Assembly: GCF_001194135.2 (NCBI RefSeq)
Contig: NC_068985.1
Location: 57,364,248 to 57,398,335 of the forward strand
Direction: 5' to 3'
Origin: Octopus bimaculoides
Taxonomy: Eukaryota
DNA: 34,088 nucleotides
Position numbers and translations under genes: made by a program. The stretch's first letter is position 1. Every line of letters begins with the position of its first letter. The notes under the pieces are model-generated. The model was not told the origin of the DNA. It saw only the letters and a list, made by a program, of their open reading frames with translations, and searched no databases. Shown one piece after another: positions 22,235 through 34,088 of the stretch.

Positions 22235-24288
22235 GTAATGTGGAAGTTATTGACTGGAATACTCGCAGAGTCAATGTACGAACATGTGGAAAAAATGGAG
22301 TCCTACCACATGAGCAGAAGGGTTGCAAGCATAAATACAGAGGTACTAAGGATCAACTCCGGATAGACAAAGCTGTACTTAGAGACTGCAAGAGGAGGAA
22401 AAGTAACTTAGCCATGTTATGGATCGACTATCGTAAGGCAGATGATATGATCCCACATTCTTGGATTATGGATTATATCAACCTATTTGGTATTGCATCG
22501 AATGTTGAGTGATTGCTAGGAAAAAGTATGGCGAATTGGAGGACGGACCTGACAGCATACGGAAGAAGTTTAGGGGCAGTAGAAATTAGGAGGGGCATCT
22601 TCCAAGGAGACTGCCTGTCCCCACTGATCTTTTAACTGTGTTTGATGCCACTAACACTGATTTTGAGGAAAGCAAAAGCTGGGTATGTATTCAAAAGCCG
22701 CCCACAAAAAGTCAACCATTTGTTATTCATGGATGACCTCACACTTTATGGTAAAGATGAAGCCCAAGTCAGTTCCCTCGTTGATACGGTGTATACATTC
22801 AGTGCTGATATCAGAATGGAGTTCGGACTGAGAAAGTGTGGTGTGTTAGTATTGAAGAGAGGCAAAATCAAATGTATGGACGGGCTAACGATACCGTCGT
22901 GGGAGGTTATGAAACAGATACAAGAGACGAGCTATAAGTACTTGGGGATATTGGAAATGGATAAATTGATGGAGAAAGAAATTACAGAAAAATTTAAGGT
23001 GGAATACTTCCGCAGACTGTGACTGTTCCTTAAGTCGAAATTAAACGGACGGAATAAGATCGAAGCTATCAACAACAGGGCGGTTTCACTCCTTAGATAT
23101 GGAGCAGGGGTAATCGCATGGACAGTAGACGAACTAAACAACTTAGACAGAAAGACAAGGAAGTTGCTAACTAGATATGGGTCACTCCACCCAAAAAGTA
23201 ATACAGACAGACTGTATGTACCAAGAAAAAGAAGGAGAAGAGGGCTTATTGGATGCAAACACAAAATTAGAGCAGAAGAAAACAACGTTGCAAGGTATGT
23301 AAAAGATACCACAGAACTGCTATTATTAGAAATAAGAAGGTCAGGCTTATGCAGGATATGAAAGATTGCAAAGATAAAGCACTATACAAGTAATTGAAAA
23401 CGAATGAAACTAAAAATAGGTGGGTAAAGAAAAGAATGCATGGTCAATTTTATAGGGATGTTGAAGATAAGACAGAGAGAGAAAAAAATGGCTGTGGATG
23501 ACTAAAAGTGATTTAAAACCAGAAACGTAGGCTCTAATTTGTGCTGACCAAGAACAAGCACTAAGAGCAAATTACATTAAATACAGAATAGACAACACAT
23601 CAGAAAGTGATAAATGCAGAATATGTGGACAAAACGTGAAACCGTATGGCATATTACCAGCCAATGTACGCCACTAGCCCAGAAGAAATAGGAATATAAA
23701 AGACGCCACTACAATATAGCTAGACTTGTCCATTGGACACTTTGCAACAAGTATGGACTTGACAGAGCAAAGAATTGGTACGACCACAAACCTGAAGGCA
23801 TCGTCGAAAATAGAAATGGAAAATCCTATGCGATTTTATGATTCAGTGCAACCATGAGATAGAGAACAGTAAGCCAAACATAGTCTTAATAGAGAAAGAA
23901 AACAAACTATGCTGGATCATAGATATAGCATGACCAGCTGACAAGAAGGTATGCGATAAGGTAGAAAGAAAATTTGAGAGATATGACAGTTTAGCTTGGG
24001 AAGTTAAGCAGTTGTGGTCGAGGAAAAAGGCAGTGGTAGTACCAATAATTGTCGGAACCCTGGGAACAGTGAGCAAACATTTCGAGAAGTACGTGGAACA
24101 AATGGGGGCTGCAATAAGGGTGGAGCACTTGCAGAAAAATCACTGCTTGGAATTGCTCGAATACTCCGGAAGGTGCTCGAAAAATAAGCGGTGTTACCGT
24201 AGTTCACTGGTAGTGAACAGGTGAGGCTGTAGTACATTGCCAGCGTTAGAACCTGTGCAAAGACAATGGTAATAATAATAATAATAAT
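22235..24288 (+). mobile_element. 5'-truncated R4/Dong-clade non-LTR retrotransposon (RT, CCHC, REL endonuclease) ending in (TAA)6
   Basis: [53 protein letters not shown]; IRRGIFQGDCLSP; HLLFMDDL (22726-22737); YKYLG; LHPKSNTDRLYVPRK; CRICG..H...C; KRRHYN; SKPNIVLIEK..IIDIA..KFERY..VPIIVGTLG. Short 3' UTR, then TAA repeats at 24270-24288. Multiple stops and frameshifts. Confidence 0.93.
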
Positions 24289-24939
24289 TGACAATTGTAT
24301 CAACACATCTACAGCAGAAAGGGCCAAGTATTGTGAAATATTTTTAAATGCCAGTTGTAATGACATTTGAACATTACCTGTTTAAAACTAATTTCTTCAC
24401 TGATGAACAAAATGACACAAGCAATATCGTTTTCTCAGAAATTCACAGCAAATCCCATTTACCAATCCGTGATAGCAAACCAATAAACACCAGGCTATAA
24501 TGTGGTGCACTGCAACACAGCATAATCTTTAAAATAAAACTGTACAGATATGGCGGAAACTAGAATTTGACATATCTATGTGAAGATCAAATCCCTGCTA
24601 ATGTCCTCAGAAATTACTGTAAGAAATTTGCCGCCTCTTTGAGTCACTTTAATTTCACCTCTGCTTTACTTGCGGCTTATTTCTAAAAAGCTGGAAATTA
24701 CCTCCGTGTCTTCGATGCATGAGATGGAATATAGCGACGATCCATCAAAATAGCGACCATATCTTTAGCAGCAAACTAATGAAATCAACAATCCATTAAC
24801 AAGTGCTAGTGTACCTCTACAGAAAAGCCCACTCATTTTAACAAATTAATTCGTCTTCGATGACATTATAGCATGCCATATCTTCTATGAATCTTTTCTT
24901 TCTCAAATATAATTACACGCATTCAGGTTCCAAGTTGCA

Positions 24940-25920
24940 GTGTACGCTGTCCACTCAAAATGAAAACGAACATTTTAAAGAGGAAATGTTATTTTTTTAC
25001 TTTGCTTACGATATTATTATTTTTCTCTCCGTCTAAAATTGTCCCTCTCCTTGTTGTTACGCCACCTTCAGCCTTCGTTACAATTTTGGAAGGTATATGG
25101 CAATGAAGGCGATTTTATACCTAGTTTACAACTCAGATGGTTAATTGTCCTTGTTGTTACTCAAAATCCCTTAATTTCTCGGAGTGGATTACAAATCTAG
25201 GAAAGAAAAAAAGAAAATGCTATCAGGAGAATAGGCCAGCTTTTGTGTGCTTTCTCAAACAGTGATGAAGGAGGGATGCATGTGTAAATACGTTGTCGTG
25301 ATGCAACCTCCAGAGTTTGTTCATGTCTCAAGCGTCTTCTTCCTATGCACACACACCGTCTCTCAAACACTAAGAGACATTCATGTAAACACCTCATTAA
25401 TGGAACAAACTTCCAACATAAAAACGACAACATACAATACCTTTGCATCTGAATGACACTAACGTGCAGTTTTCAATCACAGCGATGGTAATCCTGCCTA
25501 CTGCAACAAATGTTTTTGTATTTTTGTTTCGACCTCATCAACCCGTTTTCTTCAGTTTTTATGGTACACTACAGAAAACCTTCACCAGTATTCTAACGAT
25601 CAAAATAGTCTCCAGTTGACTGTAATTCAGTTGTGCTTTCATTCATATCTGCAGAAGCAATACATATCTTGCAACAACGCAACATTTTACGGGCGATAGC
25701 ATGCATCTCAACAATACGATATTCATCCATTTTCAAGGAAGGTTATCTTGAGTTAGATTTTTTCCTTGTTTTTCTACGCTGGTGACATTCGAGGCATAGT
25801 GAACTGTTCAATAACCCTCTCCATAACTTTGTTAAAAGCTTAACAAGTTATTGGTCAACTTGCGAATCATGTGCACGACAAATTCCTTCGCTCTATCATG
25901 TGCAGATTGATGGCGATAAT
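24940..25920 (-). mobile_element. Highly decayed mariner transposase remnant
   Basis: Minus fragments in the expected order: L..KVYGE; MHAIARKM; DYFDR*NTGE (cf. IITGDE); CKGIV; LRD.V; LWRLHHDN; YSPD; (R)GDxF. Confidence 0.6.
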
Positions 25921-26147
25921 GTAGATTACAAGTACATTGGAAGTGCAGTCGCTGCAAAGCGCGTTGATTTAAAAGTCAATTTTTTCATTTTGACAGATTT
26001 TGGGTATTATAAATATGTGACTTCAGTCTACGATTTATATAATATCTGCACGATATTACATGAATCAGCACGGTAGAATATGACAGTTTATCAGCAATTT
26101 AAATATTTATGTACATAATATTTAATGTTCATTGACACACACAGATG

Positions 26148-26215
26148 CATCATTATCATACTCATCTGAATCATCGCTACCACTATCACCAATACTACTA
26201 CCACCATCCTCCTCT

Positions 26216-26246
<31 letters not shown>

Positions 26247-26350
26247 CATCATCGTCATCATCGTCGTCGTCGTCGTCATCATCATCATCATCATCATCAT
26301 CACCATCATCACCATCATCATCATCATCGTCATCATCGTCGTCGTCGTCG

Positions 26351-26403
<53 letters not shown>

Positions 26404-26405
26404 GT
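26148..26405. repeat. (CAT)n/(CGT)n trinucleotide array with an internal 75-bp higher-order duplication
   Basis: Block CGTCATCATCGTCGTCGTCGTCGTC occurs at 26253 and 26328. Confidence 0.9.
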
Positions 26406-27370
26406 TGTCCTCGTCTATCCATTTAGATGCGTATACGTGTGTGTGCATGTCTGTGTGAGTGTATCAGTGTGTAAGTTTGTGCCTGTATGCCCGTTTGGGT
26501 GTGTGTGTGACGTGTGTAGGGGGATTACGTGTGAATTGTCTTGTTGAATAGCTGACACACAGAAAAGTAAACCCGAGCCCCTAATCTTTATTGCATGGTG
26601 ATGACTGAAAATAATCCACCATTCTCTGTTCAAATTCATTTCATCGTACGAGTGTAGGTGACTATCTTATTGCCAATGTCATTCCTCATTTTTGGCTGAG
26701 CTGTTTTTGTTGTCGATTAAATCTATAACAGTCAACATGGATCTTTTGCATTTCCCTCATGTCATTTAATAAAAATTCGAAAATTTTCTTTTGACAAACA
26801 CATCTTGTTTATAACATAAACAATCTTTATGGACACTAGGACTGGAGTCTGGGTAGCTTCCATACTAAACTTTTTGTATTGAGTGATTTAACATCATGCA
26901 AACATACGACAGCAAATTTTAGCTATTTTTTTTTATTTATCCAGATCCTAGTTTGTTAAAAGTCTTGAATATATTTTCTTGTATTTCCATAAAGTTTTTA
27001 TTGAAACTCGCCAAAATTTCTTCTTCCCACGTACAGTTTTTTATATGGAAAGTTTGATTTCCAGTATTCCTATTATCGGTGGAGAAATAACATTTGCCGA
27101 TATTCCTATTATCGGCAAAATTTGCTAACCATAACTTAATAGAATATATCAGATATGGCTATATTTAGGAATCTGTGTGAAATCAGCAGTCGGTATTTGA
27201 ATATCCATGTAGGAGTAAATGTTTCAATAGCACGATTTAAGCATCGAAACATATACGAAAACCGTTTTTAACTTGGTGGCAGATTGTTTTAGAAGGTATA
27301 TGGATGCATACATAAATGCATACATACATACATACTTACATACATACATAAATGTGTGTGTGTTTGTATA

Positions 27371-27511
27371 TATATATATATGTATATATAGGTATATGTA
27401 TTTATATATGTATGTATGCATGCATGTATGTATGTATGTATATGTATGTGTGTATATATATATATATGTATATATAGGTATATGTATTTATATATGTATG
27501 TATGCATGCAT
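27371..27511. repeat. Microsatellite-derived minisatellite, 86-bp period, running into the gap
   Basis: TATAGGTATATGTATTTATATATGTATGTATGCATGCAT repeated, with GG at 27391 and 27477. Confidence 0.8.
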
Positions 27512-27759
27512 NNNNNNNNNNNNNNNNNNNNNNNNNNNNNNNNNNNNNNNNNNNNNNNNNNNNNNNNNNNNNNNNNNNNNNNNNNNNNNNNNNNNNNNNN
27601 NNNNNNNNNNNNNNNNNNNNNNNNNNNNNNNNNNNNNNNNNNNNNNNNNNNNNNNNNNNNNNNNNNNNNNNNAAGACAGGTGAAGGAACAAAAAGCAGTA
27701 AGAATGAATAAAAAGGAAAAGAAAGAAGCGGAGGGAGTGACAAGTTCATCATGAAATAG

Positions 27760-27912
27760 AGGGCTGTGTGGTAAAGAGTTTGCTTCCCAACGACATAGTT
27801 CTGGGTTCAGTCACACTGCATGGCACCTTAAGCAAGTGTCTTCTCTCCTATGGCCTCGGGCCGGCCGAAGAGGTTTGAGTGGATTTAGTAGACGGAAACT
27901 GAAAGACGCCTG

Positions 27913-27914
<2 letters not shown>
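27760..27914 (+). mobile_element. tRNA-derived octopus SINE with (TA)n tail
   Basis: A-box-like GCTGTGTGGTAAAG; B-box-like GGGTTCAGTCAC; GGCACCTTAAGCAAGTGTCTTC..GCCTCGGGCCG..GACGGAAACTGAAAGA; then (TA)n. Confidence 0.85.
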
Positions 27915-27948
<34 letters not shown>

Positions 27949-28009
27949 GAACGTACGGTGGGTGATTACACGTGTTTGACTATATACTGAAATAGAATTA
28001 GCACCGACG

Positions 28010-28940
28010 AACAACTTACAATGGAATACATCCAAGAAGAATTCCTAATCATAAAGACACTGGTTAAAAAAATAAACATAAACCGCAGACGCTAAACAAT
28101 ATCTATTAATTAGTTAAATAGCTCATGCCACGTGAGACATATCAAAACAAATATTCCCTTCAGCCTTGCAAGAAGGATTTTTCACCATAATGTCCAAAAA
28201 AATACCAGAGAATTAAAATTGCAAGAGCTTAATAACGTACTCCAGGACAAACACTACCCAATTCAACTCATAAATGAAGGATTGACAAAAGCATTAAGAA
28301 AAGTCGAACAAAATAACACACCTACTCTAAAAACACTACCTTATGGCCTCCACATAAACCCCCTGAAACAAAGAAGAATTTAACACCATTGTCCAAAATC
28401 TCCCAATACTCCATAAGGACTTCAAACTGAATGAAATTCTGCGTACCTATAAAATCATTAAAAGCAGCAAACAACCAAAGATATAAAAGATCCTCACAAA
28501 TGCTAAATTATTTTCAAGAATAACGGACGCCAGAGTAAAAAGTGTGATCATCCTAACTGCGGAACATCTTTTAATCATTTGGAAGGATCAGAATTCCATT
28601 TCAGACAAGAGCAAAAATTCAAAGTTAAATCCAACTTCACTTGGGCCTCTGAAAACCTCATTTATCTTATCTGATGCTCGGGTTGCGATAAAATCTATTT
28701 TGGGTCGGCATGAATGTCGATCAGACAAATATATACAGTGCACAGACAACAGATATCTTCCCTATAATATCGCCAGATATATCTCAGTGAACACTTTGAT
28801 AGATCTGCAAAACAACGGAAATCACAATTCCTAATCTTTCCATTATATCAATTTGCTATTTGGATATCAACATAAGTACGACAAAATAAAGATGTTTCAT
28901 TTATCGAAAAATATAGGCCGGAGTAAAATATAAACCCATA
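28010..28940 (+). mobile_element. Penelope-like element remnant: RT thumb, linker and GIY-YIG endonuclease
   Basis: TMEY..; D.KQYL..HIKTNIPFSLARRI; KCDHPNCG; ENLIYLI*CSGCDKIYFG (28651-28704); VHRQQI..YRQIYLSEHFD..FLIFPLYQ..FIEKYRP. Confidence 0.88.
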
Positions 28941-29659
28941 CTGAAAATTTAAAATTTACCCCAACTATTGTAAGAATCGAATGTAGACCAATATAAAAAA
29001 TTACAGATTTACTTCCACTTTACTGTTAAATACCCCTAGCAAACAAAATGTCTAATTCAGAAACTCATCCAAAACTCATAATTAGAAAAGCGATAACGAA
29101 ACTGGTTATTATGTTGGAAGAAAAAAAATCTTATTTTGTACATTATTGTATAATATATTTTACTATCGTGATTCTAATATATTCTTTAACCTTTTAAAAC
29201 AAATCAGTGGATCCACTAAATATCAAGTCCTGGTGGGATCCTAGAAATGTAGACACGTGCTGTACGTTTCCCTATGTGGGAGGGGTACAAAAACGACTTT
29301 GCCGGTTTTGCTAGGTGTCATTGAATGTTTCATAGCGAGGGATCCTGACTTAAACAGCACTGAAACTGTGCCGTATTGTTCATCACCGTATTGTTTATCC
29401 CGTATTGTTTATACTAGTTTTCATCTCTGATGCACCTCAGCACCGCATCAATATCTACTTGGGCTATTAAAGCCGTTCTTTTTCGTCTCTGCTGAGATGC
29501 ATCTGAAAAGCACCGTTCTATTTTCCACCGCTTCATTTGCCTCTGATGGGATAGTTACGTTGGCCCGGGTTTCTTCTTATTTAATCAGTTTCCATGCGTA
29601 GGCCAGCATTTCATTTCTATTTGTGATGTCTACGGTAAGCGTTGCTTCTTTTTCGCTGC

Positions 29660-29935
29660 TGCAGCGACAGGTTTTTATTGTTGGTAATATTCTCGTTGTT
29701 GTTGATGCTGCTGCTGCCGTTGTTGTTCTTGTTGTTGTTGTCGTCGTTGTTCTTGTTGGTGTTGCTGGTGTTGTGCTGGTGGCTGTCGCTGTTGTCACTT
29801 ATGATATTGTTGCTGCTGTTCTTGCTGATGCTGTCTCTTGCGTTGTTGTTTTTGCTACCACTACTACTACTACTGCAGCTGATGTCACTCTTGCTGCTAC
29901 TGCTGTTGCTGTTACTGCTACCACTGCTGTTACTA
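29660..29935. repeat. Degenerate (GTT/GCT/ACT)n trinucleotide low-complexity tract
   Basis: Direct reading. Confidence 0.85.
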
Positions 29936-30330
29936 GGAAATGAACTTTTTACTGTTCAACTTTCGTTTTTCTCCTCCCCTTATCCTGTATTATTGCCGGT
30001 AACGGAGGGAAGAGGAAGGAAATTTTCAGCAATCACCAGTTTCGTGGGAGAAGTTTTTTTTCATCTCAACTCTTGTATGACCCACTCTGCATCTTTTTGA
30101 GTTGTATTTGATTAAATTAAATTAAACGCCCATCGAGCTTATTTAATGGGCCAAATGTAGCCCGTTGATGGGGGTAAACAACCATAGTAAACAAGTACAA
30201 GGTTCCTGGTGTTTCTATTGGCAAATTGGAATGAAATATATAATGCAAAAAAGCATCAAATCGATGTAAGTAAATGTTTTCAGCTGCACCAACCTGGAGC
30301 GATTCAAATTACGTCCTATGTATTCCGCAG

Positions 30331-30332
<2 letters not shown>

Positions 30333-30413
<81 letters not shown>
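30333..30413. repeat. (AAT)27 microsatellite
   Basis: Perfect repeat. Confidence 0.95.
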
Positions 30414-30414
<1 letters not shown>

Positions 30415-31250
30415 GTTATTATTATAAACAAAATTGTTCACATTCAAGCGAAAGCATTTCTTCGTGCAATGGGTGATTATCAAAGAATTCTTTGAATTTA
30501 AACTATTTTCAAACGCATCCATATGCAGATACACAAACACATGCACACGCACATGCACACATGCACACACTCACTCACACACATATACACAAACAAACAT
30601 ACACATACACACACAAGATATATATGTATATATATATACACATTATATATATGTATATAAATGTGCATTTTATATACATATATGTACACCCACATACACA
30701 CACGCACAGCCACACACACACATATATATATATTCGCATTTTATAGAAATAAATCTGTATTTGCATTTTTGTGTTTATGTGTACTTATGAATATAAATAT
30801 TTGTCTTTCGTATGCATAGATTTCGAGTTTTAAAATCCTTTGAACGTAGAAATATTGTTTATTGTATATAAACGAATCTATTTGTAATACTTTTATTATT
30901 CCACCCATAACCTCAAAAAAATAATGAAATTACCTTGTTACATTCACTTATGAGTTTCACGTGGTTTCGCATAAATTGTTTCCTGCCGTTATGGCTGTCA
31001 TAGTAATTTCTGCGGTTCAACTTCCTCAATATGTTTTCATAGGTCCTTCAACCAATGGTTGAGAAGCATCCTCTTTCTGGGCAACACTTTTCCGTTGGAA
31101 ATTGAAGATATTATATATATAAACTGTTGTTTTGGAATTGATGCAGGTGTCCACAAATCAGAACAACAGCAACAACCACAACAGCAGCAGCAAAAAAACA
31201 GTCGTAACAGTAATTATAATAATCATATATATATATATATATACATATCT

Positions 31251-31251
<1 letters not shown>

Positions 31252-31318
<67 letters not shown>
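31252..31318. repeat. (TATC)n microsatellite abutting the left TIR of a mariner
   Basis: Direct reading. Confidence 0.9.
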
Positions 31319-31320
31319 TG

Positions 31321-32142
31321 ATCAGGTCATCCCATAATTGATGTTCGGACTTCTATATTTTTAATTTGTAAACGCTTTAACAATATTTTAGAATGTCTTA
31401 TGGCATGAAGTAATATTTATATGCATTTCGACATATTTAAGATAATTAAATTTCATTTTTCAGGATAATCGAATTGAAATTTCACTAATTTAGCTCTTCA
31501 AACATAGAAATATCTAAGGAGTATTTGAAAGCACATAATACTTTAAAAAAGGGAACTCTGCAGCTGATCCACTCGAAATATTCCCTCGTGTTATGGAGAA
31601 AAGTGCCTGAATGAAAGAACTTGCAGAAGATGGTTTGTAAAATTCAGTAGTAGAGATTTCAGCTTTGAAGATAAGGCCCGGACAGGACGTCGAATTGAGT
31701 TTGACAACAAGCTCCTTTTTGTAGATCTTAAAAAAGATCATGCAGTTTCAGTGGAAAAATTGGCAAGCAAGCTTTGTTCCAGCCATACAACTGTTCACCC
31801 GCGGGCCTTCATCAGGACACTGCAAGACCCCACACTGTAGAGATATGCTTTATTCCCCAGACCTTGCTCCTTCAGGTTACCATTTTTTCCGGAGTTTACA
31901 AGATCATTTGGATGGATTAACTCTCGAAATAATTGAGGAAATCGAAACTGACCTTTCAGAGTTGTTCTCATGAAATCCGAAAGAATTTTTCACTAATGGG
32001 ATTAAAAAGCTTACGAGTTGATGGAAAGATGTCAGATAACCATGGAAACTATATTGACTTTTAACGTCCATTAAAGTGTATCATCTGATTACGTGTTTTT
32101 CCTGATTTAAAATCCAGACATTACTTATGGGGTTACCTGATA
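31321..32142 (+). mobile_element. Non-autonomous, internally deleted mariner with both TIRs
   Basis: Left TIR ATCAGGTCATCCCATAATTGATGTTCGGA (31321-31349) vs reverse complement of right TIR ATCAGGTAACCCCATAAGTAATGTCTGGA (32113-32141): 23/29 match; TA at the right end. Translation: ERTCRRWFVKF..FEDKARTGR..EKLASKLCSSHTTVH | LHQDTARPH | YSPDLAPSGYHFFRSLQDHL..GIKKL..W. Confidence 0.92.
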
Positions 32143-32454
32143 CAACAAATCTCTTTATATATATATATACATACATTTCAACATGTGCTCGCGTAAATAT
32201 CAAGACAAGTCAAGTCTTACCCTACCATTCTCCCTCTCCTCTAGTATTACTCTTTCTTTCCTTCTTTTCATCACCTTCTACTCTTTTCTATCAACAGAGA
32301 ACAACTGCACAATCTAGATATTTAGTACTCTCATAACAATTCACCGTTTGTTTTCGGATCAAGCGAGGGCCCCCTCCCTATCTAGTGCTTACTCTCCAGG
32401 AGACCGGAATAGAAACACGGAAAACAAACTGGAAGAAAAAGATATGTTCCCATT

Positions 32455-32545
32455 AATACTAGGTCTATTACTTATCAACTTTGAAAGAGTGAAATGCAAA
32501 TTTAACCGCAGTGTGTCCTAAACTGAAGGCGTAGAGACACAGAAC
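32455..32545 (-). mobile_element. Decayed antisense fragment of the Meta-like SINE
   Basis: TTACTTATCAACTTTGAAAGAGTGAAATGCAAATTTAACC aligns loosely with the reverse complement of 9120-9160. Confidence 0.45.
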
Positions 32546-32630
32546 GATTATCGTAAACCGATCTAATCTGATACTCTACCGAGTCTACCAATCGTGTTTT
32601 TTCTTATAGATATACGTATACATGCATATA

Positions 32631-32677
<47 letters not shown>

Positions 32678-32741
32678 ATGCATATAGATGCATGTATATA
32701 TTAGCATCTTTGAATGTCTGAGGAGATACTTACACACCGTT

Positions 32742-32756
32742 CACACACACACACAC

Positions 32757-32835
<79 letters not shown>
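32742..32835. repeat. (CA)n microsatellite
   Basis: Direct reading. Confidence 0.95.
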
Positions 32836-32836
<1 letters not shown>

Positions 32837-33798
32837 CTCTCTTCTACAAGTTTCAGGTCGAGAGTTGCAGACACCCTAGACCACACCTCTATACATATTT
32901 CGATATGTATTTACAATACCCATTCCCAACGTACAAATATTTTTAGGTTATACAAAATTCTATAAAAGTATTTTCAGATTATAGGTAATTATAAATATTT
33001 ACTTATTCAGTTTTCTTTTCACTCTTAAATCACCAAATCATAACCTTACATACAAAGAAATGTCGGAATCTAAACAGCATAAAAGTATTCATACCATGGA
33101 ACATAGAGTTTATTGGAAGGTGCATTTGAAATTGTTCTAAATAACTTTAACCTTAGTAAACTCATACATGTAAGCATCGTTTAATAGAGTAAAGAAACTA
33201 TGTTAGTGAACTAGAATTTAAGTTTTTGTAATAAAACCTTGAATACCAGCGCGTTGCCAATTCAATAGAATGAATGCAAAATATGTTATGGTATAATCAT
33301 TTATTCCGAAAGATTTAAGAATGCCGACAGGCAAAATTCTTCTATATAAAGTGAGAAGCCAATTCCATTCGAAGATATACGTACCAGAATGTCTTTAACC
33401 AAAAGTTATTCAAAATTAGCTGCTCAACACTAAATTAATTTGCTAATATCTTTGATCAAAAGCACTATAAAACTCTATATGTTCAATTATTAGAACTGAA
33501 AATTATGCTACAATTTAATAGTAGAATACGATTTAGAATAATCTATAATCGAAATGTGAAAAGGCGTGGTATAAAGCAATAATAATAAACATTTCTACAA
33601 TGCTCATAAAAACAATAATGATAATCCTTTCTATTATAAGCATAAAAACGTATATTAGACGCAACTGGTATATATTGATAGAGTGCAAGGAAGACAGAAA
33701 GATGAATAGATACATATAAACAAATATATATAGAGAGACAAAATGATAAACGGCTATATAGATTTTAGATCAAAAATAGATAAACAGAGAGATAAATT

Positions 33799-33871
<73 letters not shown>

Positions 33872-33872
33872 G
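33799..33872. repeat. (GATA)n microsatellite
   Basis: Direct reading. Confidence 0.95.
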
Positions 33873-34088
33873 AAGATAGACAGATATGTAGACAGACAGA
33901 CAGAAAGGAAGATCGATTGATGGACAGCTAGAAAGATAAAATAAAGGAATATCTATCTATCTATCTATCTATCTATCTGATCTGGACGGATGCTAGTCAC
34001 ATCGGCTCGCAAGTAAGTTGGCCTTTTATATGTCAAAACTTTTGCAGTTTTAAAATATTTTTTTGTGGAAGAGGTGTATAAGTCTATA

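Noticed and set aside
26091-26458. Poly-His, poly-Asp, poly-Ser and poly-Met ORFs
   Set aside because: These are translations of a stop-free CAT/CGT array in several frames, with no splice sites or flanking coding signal.
29577-30100. Val/Ala-, Leu- and Thr-rich ORFs suggesting a mucin or membrane protein exon
   Set aside because: Explained by a degenerate GTT/GCT tract; no domain-like sequence.
8947-31815. Other CTGATGA hammerhead core half-motifs (8947+, 10074+, 13204-, 22108-, 24400+, 31809-)
   Set aside because: No paired stem II followed by GAAA, stem III and UH could be built by eye.
33799-33978. (GATA)n followed by (TATC)n could form a hairpin
   Set aside because: Trivial consequence of a very abundant microsatellite occurring in both orientations.
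1-34088. CRISPR arrays, operons, rRNA genes or true tRNA genes
   Set aside because: None seen; tRNA-like A/B boxes occur only as degenerate SINE heads.

Overview
Eukaryotic, AT-rich, microsatellite-dense non-coding DNA with six assembly gaps (6745-7502, 13911-13975, 15113-15485, 19863-20043, 21593-21602, 27512-27672). The SINE families and repeat spectrum suggest an octopus or other coleoid cephalopod genome (inference). I found no intact host protein-coding exon; nearly all listed ORFs are simple-repeat, gap or antisense artefacts. The window is a patchwork of decayed transposons: two REL-endonuclease LINEs (Hero-like, minus strand, ~0.8-3.95 kb; R4/Dong-like, plus strand, 22.2-24.3 kb, ending in (TAA)n), four Penelope-like (PLE) GIY-YIG remnants, three mariner remnants, a CR1/Jockey-type RT fragment and several tRNA-derived SINEs. 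The most interesting signal is four minimal type I hammerhead ribozyme (HHR) motifs arranged as two inverted pairs (14.7-15.1 kb and 18.2-18.95 kb). The copy at 18773-18826 folds into a complete canonical core and sits in a ~414-nt partially tandem unit. Both loci share an identical TATA-like 12-mer upstream of the ribozyme. HHRs in PLE pseudo-LTRs and retrozymes are a known class; the novelty and activity of these particular copies are untested. All translations and alignments were done by eye, so element boundaries are approximate.
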